NCBI RefSeq assembly: GCF_032444005.1
Contig: NC_091288.1
Span: 212,536,001 to 212,600,000, forward strand
From: Ranitomeya imitator
Lineage: Eukaryota
Length of the DNA: 64,000 bases
Direction of reading: 5' to 3'
The notes below the pieces were generated by a model, which did not search any database, had not been told where the DNA came from, and saw only the letters and a list, made by a program, of their open reading frames with translations. The position numbers and the translations under genes were made by a program. Position 1 is the stretch's first letter. Each line of letters opens with the position of its first letter. Of this stretch, positions 35,906-46,900 are shown piece by piece.

Positions 35906-38900
35906 ACTTATAGTAATGGAGCCCTGGCGCCAGACCCCTAATAGTAATGGAACCCTGAGGCCGGACCCCTTATAGTAATGGAGCCCTCAGGCCAGACCCC
36001 TTATAGTAATGGAACCCTGAGGCCGGACCCCTTATAGTAATGGAGCCCTCAGGCCAGACCCCTTATAGTAATGGAGCCCTGAGGCCAGACCCCTTATAGT
36101 AATGGAGCCCTGAGGCCGGACCCCTTATAGTAATGGAGCCCTCAGGCCAGACCCCTTATAGTAATGGAGCTCTGAGGCCGGACCCCTTATAGTAATGGAA
36201 CCCTGAGGCCGGACCCCTTATAGTAATGGAGCCCTCAGGCCAGACCCCTTATAGTAATGGAGCCCTGAGGCCGGACCCCTTATAGTAATGGAGCTCTGAG
36301 GCCGGACCCCTTATAGTAATGGAGCCCTGAGGCCGGACCCCTTATAGTAATGGAGCCCTGAGGCCGGACCCCTTATAGTAATGGAGCCCTGAGGCCGGAC
36401 CCCTTATAGTAATGGAGCTCTGAGGCCGGACCCCTTATAGTAATGGAGCCCTCAGGCCAGACCCCTTATAGTAATGGAGCTCTGAGGCCGGACCCCTTAT
36501 AGTAATGGAACCCTGAGGCCGGACCCCTTATAGTAATGGAGCCCTCAGGCCAGACCCCTTATAGTAATGGAGCCCTGAGGCCGGACCCCTTATAGTAATG
36601 GAGCTCTGAGGCCGGACCCCTTATAGTAATGGAGCCCTGAGGCCGGACCCCTTATAGTAATGGAGCCCTGAGGCCGGACCCCTTATAGTAATGGAGCCCT
36701 GAGGCCGGACCCCTTATAGTAATGGAGCCCTCAGGCCGGACCCCTTATAGTAATGGAGCCCTGAGGCCGGACCCCTTATAGTAATGGAGCTCTGAGGCCG
36801 GACCCCTTATAGTAATGGAGCCCTGAGGCCGGACCCCTTATAGTAATGGAGCTCTGAGGCCGGACCCCTTATAGTAATGGAGCCCTGAGGCCGGACCCCT
36901 TATAGTAATGGAGCCCTGAGGCCGGACCCCTTATAGTAATGGAGCCCTGAGGCCGGACCCCTTATAGTAATGGAGCTCTGAGGCCGGACCCCTTATAGTA
37001 ATGGAGCCCTGAGGCCGGACCCCTTATAGTAATGGAGCCCTGAGGCCGGACCCCTTATAGTAATGGAACCCTGAGGCCGGACCCCTTATAGTAATGGAGC
37101 TCTGAGGCCGGACCCCTTATAGTAATGGAGCTCTGAGGCCGGACCCCTTATAGTAATGGAGCCCTGAGGCCGGACCCCTTATAGTAATGGAGCCCTGAGG
37201 CCGGACCCCTTATAGTAATGGAGCCCTGAGGCCGGACCCCTTATAGTAATGGAGCTCTGAGGCCGGACCCCTTATAGTAATGGAGCCCTGAGGCCGGACC
37301 CCTTATAGTAATGGAGCCCTCAGGCCGGACCCCTTATAGTAATGGAGCCCTGAGGCCGGACCCCTTATAGTAATGGAGCTCTGAGGCCGGACCCCTTATA
37401 GTAATGGAGCCCTGAGGCCGGACCCCTTATAGTAATGGAGCTCTGAGGCCGGACCCCTTATAGTAATGGAGCCCTGAGGCCGGACCCCTTATAGTAATGG
37501 AGCCCTGAGGCCGGACCCCTTATAGTAATGGAGCCCTGAGGCCGGACCCCTTATAGTAATGGAGCCCTCAGGCCGGACCCCTTATAGTAATAGAGCCCTG
37601 AGGCCGGACCCCTTATATTAATGGAGCCCTGAGGCCGGACCCCTTATAGTAATGGAGCCCTCAGGCCGGACCCCTTATAGTAATGGAGCCCTCAGGCCGG
37701 ACCCCTTATAGTAATGGAGCCCTGAGGCCGCACCCCTTATAGTAATGGAGCCCTCAGGCCGGACCCCTTATAGTAATGGAGCCCTGAGGCCGGACCCCTT
37801 ATAGTAATGGAGCTCTGAGGCCGGACCCCTTATAGTAATGGAGCCCTGAGGCCAGACCCCTTATAGTAATGGAGCCCTGAGGCCGGACCCCTTATAGTAA
37901 TGGAGCCCTGAGGCCGGACCCCTTATAGTAATGGAGCTCTGAGGCCGGACCCCTTATAGTAATGGAGCCCTGAGGCCAGACCCCTTATAGTAATGGAGCC
38001 CTGAGGCCGGACCCCTTATAGTAATGGAGCCCTCAGGCCGGACCCCTTATAGTAATGGAGCCCTGAGGCCAGACCCCTTATAGTAATGGAACCCTGAGGC
38101 CGGACCCCTTATAGTAATGGAGCCCTGAGGCCGGACCCCTTATAGTAATGGAGCCCTCAGGCCGGACCCCTTATAGTAATGGAGCCCTGAGGCCGGACCC
38201 CTTATAGTAATGGAGCCCTGAGGCCGCACCCCTTATAGTAATGGAGCCCTCAGGCCGGACCCCTTATAGTAATGGAGCCCTGAGGCCGGACCCCTTATAG
38301 TAATGGAGCTCTGAGGCCGGACCCCTTATAGTAATGGAGCTCTGAGGCCGGACCCCTTATAGTAATGGAGCCCTCAGGCCAGACCCCTTATAGTAATGGA
38401 GCTCTGAGGCCGGACCCCTTATAGTAATGGAACCCTGAGGCCGGACCCCTTATAGTAATGGAGCCCTGAGGCCGGACCCCTTATAGTAATGGAGCCCTCA
38501 GGCCAGACCCCTTATAGTAATGGAGCCCTGAGGCCGGACCCCTTATAGTAATGGAGCTCTGAGGCCGGACCCCTTATAGTAATGGAGCCCTGAGGCCGGA
38601 CCCCTTATAGTAATGGAGCTCTGAGGCCGGACCCCTTATAGTAATGGAGCCCTGAGGCCGGACCCCTTATAGTAATGGAGCCCTGAGGCCGGACCCCTTA
38701 TAGTAATGGAGCCCTGAGGCCGGACCCCTTATAGTAATGGAGCTCTGAGGCCAGACCCCTTATAGTAATGGAGCCCTGAGGCCGGACCCCTTATAGTAAT
38801 GGAGCCCTGAGGCCGGACCCCTTATAGTAATGGAGCCCTGAGGCCGCACCCCTTATAGTAATGGAGCCCTCAGGCCGGACCCCTTATAGTAATGGAGCCC

Positions 38901-40558
38901 TGAGGCCGGACCCCTTATAGTAATGGAGCCCTGAGGCCGGACCCCTTATAGTAATGGAGCCCTGAGGCCGGACCCCTTATAGTAATGGAGCTCTGAGGCC
39001 AGACCCCTTATAGTAATGGAGCCCTGAGGCCGGACCCCTTATAGTAATGGAGCCCTGAGGCCGGACCCCTTATAGTAATGGAGCCCTGAGGCCAGACCCC
39101 TTATAGTAATGGAGCCCTGAGGCCGGACCCCTTATAGTAATGGAGCTCTGAGGCCGGACCCCTTATAGTAATGGAGCTCTGAGGCCGGACCCCTTATAGT
39201 AATGGAGCCCTCAGGCCGGACCCCTTATAGTAATGGAGCCCTGAGGCCGGACCCCTTATAGTAATGGAGCTCTGAGGCCGGACCCCTTATAGTAATGGAG
39301 CCCTGAGGCCAGACCCCTTATAGTAATGGAGCCCTGAGGCCAGACCCCTTATAGTAATGGAACCCTGAGGCCGGACCCCTTATAGTAATGGAGCCCTGAG
39401 GCCGGACCCCTTATAGTAATGGAGCCCTCAGGCCAGACCCCTTATAGTAATGGAGCCCTGAGGCCGGACCCCTTATAGTAATGGAGCTCTGAGGCCGGAC
39501 CCCTTATAGTAATGGAGCCCTGAGGCCGGACCCCTTATAGTAATGGAGCTCTGAGGCCGGACCCCTTATAGTAATGGAGCCCTGAGGCCGGACCCCTTAT
39601 AGTAATGGAGCCCTGAGGCCGGACCCCTTATAGTAATGGAGCCCTGAGGCCGGACCCCTTATAGTAATGGAGCTCTGAGGCCAGACCCCTTATAGTAATG
39701 GAGCCCTGAGGCCGGACCCCTTATAGTAATGGAGCCCTGAGGCCGGACCCCTTATAGTAATGGAGCCCTGAGGCCGCACCCCTTATAGTAATGGAGCCCT
39801 CAGGCCGGACCCCTTATAGTAATGGAGCCCTGAGGCCGGACCCCTTATAGTAATGGAGCCCTGAGGCCGGACCCCTTATAGTAATGGAGCCCTGAGGCCG
39901 GACCCCTTATAGTAATGGAGCTCTGAGGCCAGACCCCTTATAGTAATGGAGCCCTGAGGCCGGACCCCTTATAGTAATGGAGCCCTGAGGCCGGACCCCT
40001 TATAGTAATGGAGCCCTGAGGCCAGACCCCTTATAGTAATGGAGCCCTGAGGCCGGACCCCTTATAGTAATGGAGCTCTGAGGCCGGACCCCTTATAGTA
40101 ATGGAGCTCTGAGGCCGGACCCCTTATAGTAATGGAGCCCTCAGGCCGGACCCCTTATAGTAATGGAGCCCTGAGGCCGGACCCCTTATAGTAATGGAGC
40201 CCTCAGGCCGGACCCCTTATAGTAATGGAGCCCTGAGGCCGGACCCCTTATAGTAATGGAGCTCTGAGGCCGGACCCCTTATAGTAATGGAGCCCTGAGG
40301 CCAGACCCCTTATAGTAATGGAGCCCTGAGGCCAGACCCCTTATAGTAATGGAGCCCTGAGGCCAGACCCCTTATAGTAATGGAGCCCTGAGGCCGGACC
40401 CCTTATAGTAATGGAGCCCTGAGGCCGGACCCCTTATAGTAATGGAGCTCTGAGGCCGGACCCCTTATAGTAATGGAGCCCTCAGGCCGGACCCCTTATA
40501 GTAATGGAGCCCTCAGGCCAGACCCCTTATAGTAATGGAGCCCTCAGGCCGGACCCCT
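35906..40558. repeat. 31-bp minisatellite, about 150 copies, directly upstream of the ROGDI promoter
   Basis: Unit GGACCCCTTATAGTAATGGAGCCCTGAGGCC; highly homogeneous. Confidence 0.97.
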
Positions 40559-40729
40559 TCAAGGGGACGTCCATAAAATGTCTTTCAGTAGCCGCATGAC
40601 CGATAATGACGCGGCTAGGAATCCTCCATGTCCGCCTCCTCTCAGGTATAAAGTGTCCGCCATCTGTGAGCTGCGCCCGGTGACCTTCCGCGCAGGGTCC
40701 AGCTCCATCTACATCCCCCACTCATCTGC

Positions 40730-40977
40730 TTCCAGCCAATCAGAAGGCTGATATTTCATTACAGGGCGTGGTTTGGGTACCCTCACAACAACACAGCGCC
40801 GCAGGTCCAATCAGCGAGCGGACTGGTAATGATTCTAACCAATGAACTCACGACTGCCCCTACTCTGAGCCAATCAGTGAGCGCTCTTTGATGTACTCCA
40901 GCCAATGGGATGTGAGGGGCTGGGTTTGTACCGATTCATCGTCTCGGAGGTGTCGTCTGCTCGGAGAGAAGCGCAGG
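40730..40977 (+). promoter_or_regulatory. ROGDI promoter with multiple CCAAT boxes
   Basis: CCAAT at 40736, 40807, 40839, 40870 and 40902, a GGGCGTGG GC-box-like motif, and CpG-rich exon 1/intron 1. Confidence 0.7.
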
Positions 40978-43900
40978 ATGGCGACGGCTGCGGCAGCGGC
41001 GAGCAGTGCGGAGCGGGGCGTGCTGGTGAGTGGCCGCGGGGGCAGCTGGGAGTCCGTGACGTGACTGCTTATCGTACCCGTGCTTATTACCAGCCGGTGT
41101 GGGGTCCTGGCCACAAGAGCTGACCATCTATTCTCTTCCACTTGTGTATTTGCTGTAAAATCGCCTCCGGCCGCCAAGTTGTCGTCATGACAACCCCATT
41201 ATCGCCATTTATCCGGGTTTATTTTCGCCGTGGAGCCTGGTTTCCGTGACGACGACCGCCCTCCGCGCCGTGACGGTCACCCATTATGTCGCCAGCGGAT
41301 GGTCTTGCGTATTGACCCTCTGTGTGGCCATATTGGAGCGCGGCGGTCGTCCTCTCGCCATATGGCGCCGGGTTATCGCTGTTTCCGTTTTTTTCTTTCA
41401 CTCTAAACAGGCGATCACATGGTACAGGATCAAATATGGCGTCTGTGGGGGGTCGGGGCGCCATTCCTCAGTACGGTGGTCCTCTGGTGTCATGTGACCA
41501 CCCTTAGGGGAGAACGCTGCCCCCTGTCCCGATCGGCGCTGGCGAAACGTCCGTAAAAAGACGGAAAATCCAGATTATCGGAGTAAAAATTCCTGTAATC
41601 TGGAATATTCCTGATGCCATAAAGTGCTACTGTGAAACTACAACTCCCAGCATGCCCGCGCCGCCAGCGACTTTGCTGAGAGCTGTGATTTTTGCCAGAT
41701 TTCTGGACTATCAGATTCCGGATTAATAGGGCAGGTGACATGCTCTCAGTCTGTAATCTGGAGGTTGTACAGTGACCGTCCCTTTAAGTGAGTGATCTCT
41801 CCGCGACTGCAGTCACATGATGATGAGGGCAGTAGTTATCGGAGGCGGGGAGGGACCGCACTGGGGAGTCATCCTGCCCCTGATCCCATTGATGAGCACT
41901 AAAGTGGCTGATAACAGAGAGCAATAAACGGTTTGAGGTGACTTTTAGTATTGGTGACATTGGAGGGGCCGGGTCATTCATTGCCAGAAAACTGCCCCAG
42001 CTGTGACGTGTGTACGCCCGATCACATCACTGACTGCAGACTACAACCCACAACATGGTGTCTGTGTACACAACACCCCGTCCTGTGCAGACCGGACCCA
42101 GACGGGCCCCAAGCCAGCCTCCCCGGGACACGACTGGCACCCAAAACACAGGAGAGCGCAGCATAAACAGCCAGTGTTCGGATAGAAGAGAGGTGCAGCA
42201 CGGGAGAAGCCTCTCAGGACAGGGATAGAGGAAAGGTGCAGCACGGGAGAAGTCTCTCAGGACAGGGATAGAGGAAAGGTGCAGCACGGGAGAAGCCTCT
42301 CAGGACAGGGATAGAGGAAAGGTGCAGCACGGGAGAAGCCTCTCAGGACAGGGATAGAGGAAAGGTGCAGCACGGGAGAAGCCTCTCAGGACAGGGATAG
42401 AGGAAAGGTGCAGCACGGGAGAAGCCTCTCAGGACAGGGATAGAGGAAAGGTGCAGCACGGGAGAAGCCTCTCAGGACAGGGATAGAGGAAAGGTGCAGC
42501 ACGGGAGAAGCCTCTCAGGACAGGGATAGAGGAAAGGTGCAGCACGGGAGAAGCCTCTCAGGACAAGGATAGAGGAAAGGTGCAGCACGGGAGAAGCCTC
42601 TCAGGACAGGGATAGAGGAAAGGTGCAGCATGGGAGAAGCCTCGCAGGAGAAGGATAGAGGAAAGGGGCAGCACATGAGAAGCCTCGCGGGAAAGGTGCA
42701 GCACGGGAGAAGCCTCGCAGGAGAGGGATAGGGGAAAGGTGCAGCACGGGAGAAGTCTCTCAGGACAGGGATAGAGGAAAGGTGCAGCACGGGAGAAGCC
42801 TCGCAGGAGAGGGATAGAGGAAAGGTGCAGCACGGGAGAAGCCTCTCAGGACAGGGATAGAAGAGAGGTGCAGCACGGGAGAAGCCTCTCAGGACAGGGA
42901 TGGAAGAGAGGTGCAGCACGGGAGAAGCCTCTCAGGACAGGGATAGAAGAGAGGTGCAGCACGGGAGAAGCCTCTCAGGACAGGGATAGAAGAGAGGTGC
43001 AGCACGGGAGAAGCCTCGCAGGACAGGGATAGAGAAAAGGTGCAGCACAGGAGAAACCTCGCAGGAGAGGGATAGAGGAAAGGTGCAGCACGGGAGAAAC
43101 CTCGCAGGAGAGGGATAGAGGAAAGGTGCAGCACGGGAGAAGCCTCTCAGGACAGGGATAGAGGATTGGTGCAACACGGGAGAAGCCTCTCAGGACAGGG
43201 ATAGAGGAAAGGTGCAGCACGGGAGAAGCCTCGCAGGAGAGGGATAGAGGAAAGGTGCAGCACGGGAGAAGCCTCTCAGGACATGGATAGAGGAAAGGTG
43301 CAGCACAGGAGAAGCCTTTCAGGACAGGGATAGAAGAGAGGTGCAGCACGGGAGAAGCCTCTCAGGACAGGGATAGAGGAAAGGTGCAGCACAGGAGAAG
43401 CCTCGCAGGAGAGGGATAGAGGAAAGGTGCAGTACTGGAGAAGCCTCGCAGGAGAGGGATAGAGGAAAGGTGCAGCACGGGAGAAACCTCGCAGGAGAGG
43501 GATAGAGGAAAGGTGCAGCACGGGAGAAGCCTCTCAGGACAGGGATAGAGGATTGGTGCAGCACGGGAGAAGCCTCACAGGAGACTGATAGAGGAAAGGT
43601 GCAGCACGGGAGAAGCCTCGCAGGAGAGGGATAGAGGAAAGTTGCAGCACGGGAGAAGCCTCTCAGGACAGGGATAGAGGAAAGGTGCAGCACGGGAGAA
43701 GCCTCGCAGGAGAGGGATAGAGGAAAGGTGCAGCACGGGAGAAGCCTCTCAGGACAGGGATAGAGGAAAGGTGCAGCACGGGAGAAGCCTCGCACGAGAG
43801 GGATAGAGGAAAGGTGCAGCACGGGAGAAGCCTCGCAGGAGAAGGATAGAGGAAAGGTGCAGCTCTGGAGAAGCCTCGCAGGACAGGGATAGAGGAAAGG

Positions 43901-46900
43901 TGCAGCACGGGAGAAGCCTCTCAGGACAGGGATAGAGGAAAGGTGCAGCACGGGAGAAGCCTCGCAGGAGAGGGATAGGGGAAAGGTGCAGCATGGGAGA
44001 AGCCTCGCAGGAGAAGGATAGAGGAAAGGTGCAGCACGGGAGAAGCCTCTCAGGACAGGGATAGAGGAAAGGTGCAGCACGGGAGAAGCCTCGCAGGACA
44101 GGGATAGAGGAAAGGTGCAGCACGGGAGAAGCCTCTCAGGACAGGGATAGAGGAAAGGTGCAGCATGGGAGAAGCCTCGCAGGAGAAGGATAGAGGAAAG
44201 GGGCAGCACATGAGAAGCCTCGCGGGAAAGGTGCAGCACGGGAGAAGCCTCGCAGGAGAGGGATAGGGGAAAGGTGCAGCGCGGGAGAAGCCTCACAGGA
44301 GAAACCTCGCAGGAGAGGGATAAGGGAAAGATGCAGCATGGGAGAAGCCTCGCAGGAGCAGGTTAGAGGAAAGGGGCAGCACGGGAGAAGCCTCTCAGGA
44401 CAGGGATAGAGGAAAGGTGCAGCACGGGAGAAGCCTCGCAGGAGAAGGATAGAGAAAAGGTGCATCACAGGAGAAGCCTCGCGGGAAAGGTGCAGCACGG
44501 GAGAAGCCTCGCAGGAGAGGGATAGAGGAAAGGTGCAGCACGGGAGAAGCCTCGCCGGAGAGGGATAGAGGAAAGGTGCAGCACGGGTGAAGCCTCGCAG
44601 GAGAGGGATAGAGGAAAGGTGCAGCACGGGAGAAGCCTCGCAGGAGAGGGATAGAGGAAATGTGCAGCACGGGAGAAGCCTCGCAGGAGAGGGATAGAGG
44701 AAAGGTGCAGCACGGGAGAAGCCTCGCAGGAGAGGGATAGAGGAAAGGTGCAGCACGGGAGAAGCCTCGCAGGACAGGGATAGAGGAAAGGTGCAGCACG
44801 GGAGAAGCCTTGCAGGAGAAGGATAGAGGAAAGGTGCAGCTCTGGAGAAGCCTCGCAGGACAGGGATAGAGGAAAGGTGCAGCACGGGAGAAGCCTCGCA
44901 GGACAGGGATAGAGGAAAGGTGCAGCACGGGAGAAGCCTCGCAGGAGAAGGATAGAGGAAAGGTGCAGCTCTGGAGAAGCCTCGCAGGACAGGGATAGAG
45001 GAAAGGTGCAGCACGGGAGAAGCCTCGCAGGACAGGGATAGAGGAAAGGTGCAGCACGGGAGAAGCCTCGCAGGACAGGGATAGAGGAAAGGTGCAGCAC
45101 GGGAGAAGCCTCGCAGGAGAAGGATAGAGGAAAGGTGCAGCATGGGAGAAGCCTCGCAGGAGAAGGATAGAGGAAAGGTGCAGCTCTGGAGAAGCCTCGC
45201 AGGACATGGATAGAGGAAAGGTGCAGCACGGGAGAAGCCTCGCAGGACAGGGATAGAGGAAAGGTGCAGCACGGGAGAAGCCTCGCAGGACAGGGATAGA
45301 GGAAAGGTGCAGCACGGGAGAAGCCTCGCAGGAGAAGGATAGAGGAAAGGTGCAGCACGGGAGAAGCCTCGCAGGAGAGACTCTCAGGGTTCAGCAGGAT
45401 GGACAGTTCCTACACGTTGAGCAGTCGGTCAGGTGCTGTGACTGGTGACAGCGCGGAGATGTCGGTATAATGGTGACCCCGGGCACAATGGGCGCGGAGG
45501 AGCCAAGATCACATCAGTAATGAGTTACAACATCAGAGCAGGAAGAAAAGAAGCAAATCTGCAGCGGCCGCACTGAGCGGTCACTGGCCCTCCGCCTCCT
45601 GCTTCTGCCCTCTGGGCCCCGGTGAATCCGCTTATTGGGGGTACACACTTTGGGCAGTGTAGTCACGGGGTCTCGAGCTTCGGTTATGATGGCGGCATTC
45701 AGATCCAGAACATGGGGGAGACGCTGCGGCACTCCTGATCTGTGGCGCCCCCCGCTGGTTGTACTGTCCGCTATTTTGCAGGAAGAAGAGTTTAAATGGC
45801 TCCTGAAGGAAGAGGTGCACTCCGTCCTCAAGCAGCTGCAGGACATCCTGAAGGTCAGCGCACGGACACTGCATGTCACATGACGTGTCAGAAAAGATGG
45901 CCGCCTGGACCAGTGTAGTGGGAGCCGTACTTCAAGGGGGTCTCCTGCAACCACAGGGAGGGAGGGGGGCCAAATTTACCTTTTACCATGCACCTTAGAG
46001 GGACGTTCCTCCGGCTCCTCAAGACTTGGGTTCATCTGTTCTCAGTGGGAAGAGCAACTGAAGCCCCAAGCCAGACCCCCTGTGTGCCCTCCAGACCCCT
46101 GTGTCTGCCCTCCCACCTTCAGACCCCTGTGTGTGCCCTCCAGACCCCTGTGTGTGCCCTCTGGACCCCTGTATCTGCCCTCCCACCTTCAGACCCCTGT
46201 GTGTGTCCTCATGACCCCTGTGTCTGCCCTCCCACCTCCAGACCCCTGTGTGTGCCCTCCAGACCCCTGTGTGTGCCCTCCAGACCCCTGTGTGTGCCCT
46301 CCGGACCCCTGTGTCTGCCCTCCCACCTTCCAGACCCCCTGTGTGTGCCCTCCCGGAGCCCTGTGTCTGCCATCCCACCTTCCAGACCCCCTGTGTCTGC
46401 CCTCCCACCTTCAGACCCCTGTGTGTGTCCTCATGACCCCTGTGTCTGCCCTCCCACCTCCAGACCCCTGTGTGTGCCCTCCAGACCCCTGTGTGTGCCC
46501 TCCGGACCCCTGTGTGTGCCCTCCGGACCCCTGTGTCTGCCCTCCCACCTTCCAGACCCCCTGTGTGTGCCCTCCCGGAGCCCTGTGTCTGCCATCCCAC
46601 CTTCCAGACCCCTGTGTCTGCCCTCCCACCTTCCAGACCCCCTGTGTGTGCCCTCCGAACTCCTGTGTCTGCCCTCCCACCTTCCAGACCCCCTGTGTGC
46701 CCTCCCGGAGCCCTGTGTCTGCCATCCCACCTTCCAGACCCCCTGTGTCTGCCATCCCACCTTCCAGACCCCCTGTGTCTGCCCTCCCACCTTCCAGACC
46801 CCCTGTGTGTGCCCTCCGGACCCCTGTGTCTGCCCTCCCACCTTCCAGACCCCCTGTGTGCCCTCCCGGAGCCCTGTGTCTGCCATCCCACCTTCCAGAC

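Noticed and set aside
35906-40558. CRISPR-like regular repeats here and in other arrays
   Set aside because: Units are head-to-tail with no unique spacers, there are no cas genes, and the context is a spliced vertebrate locus.
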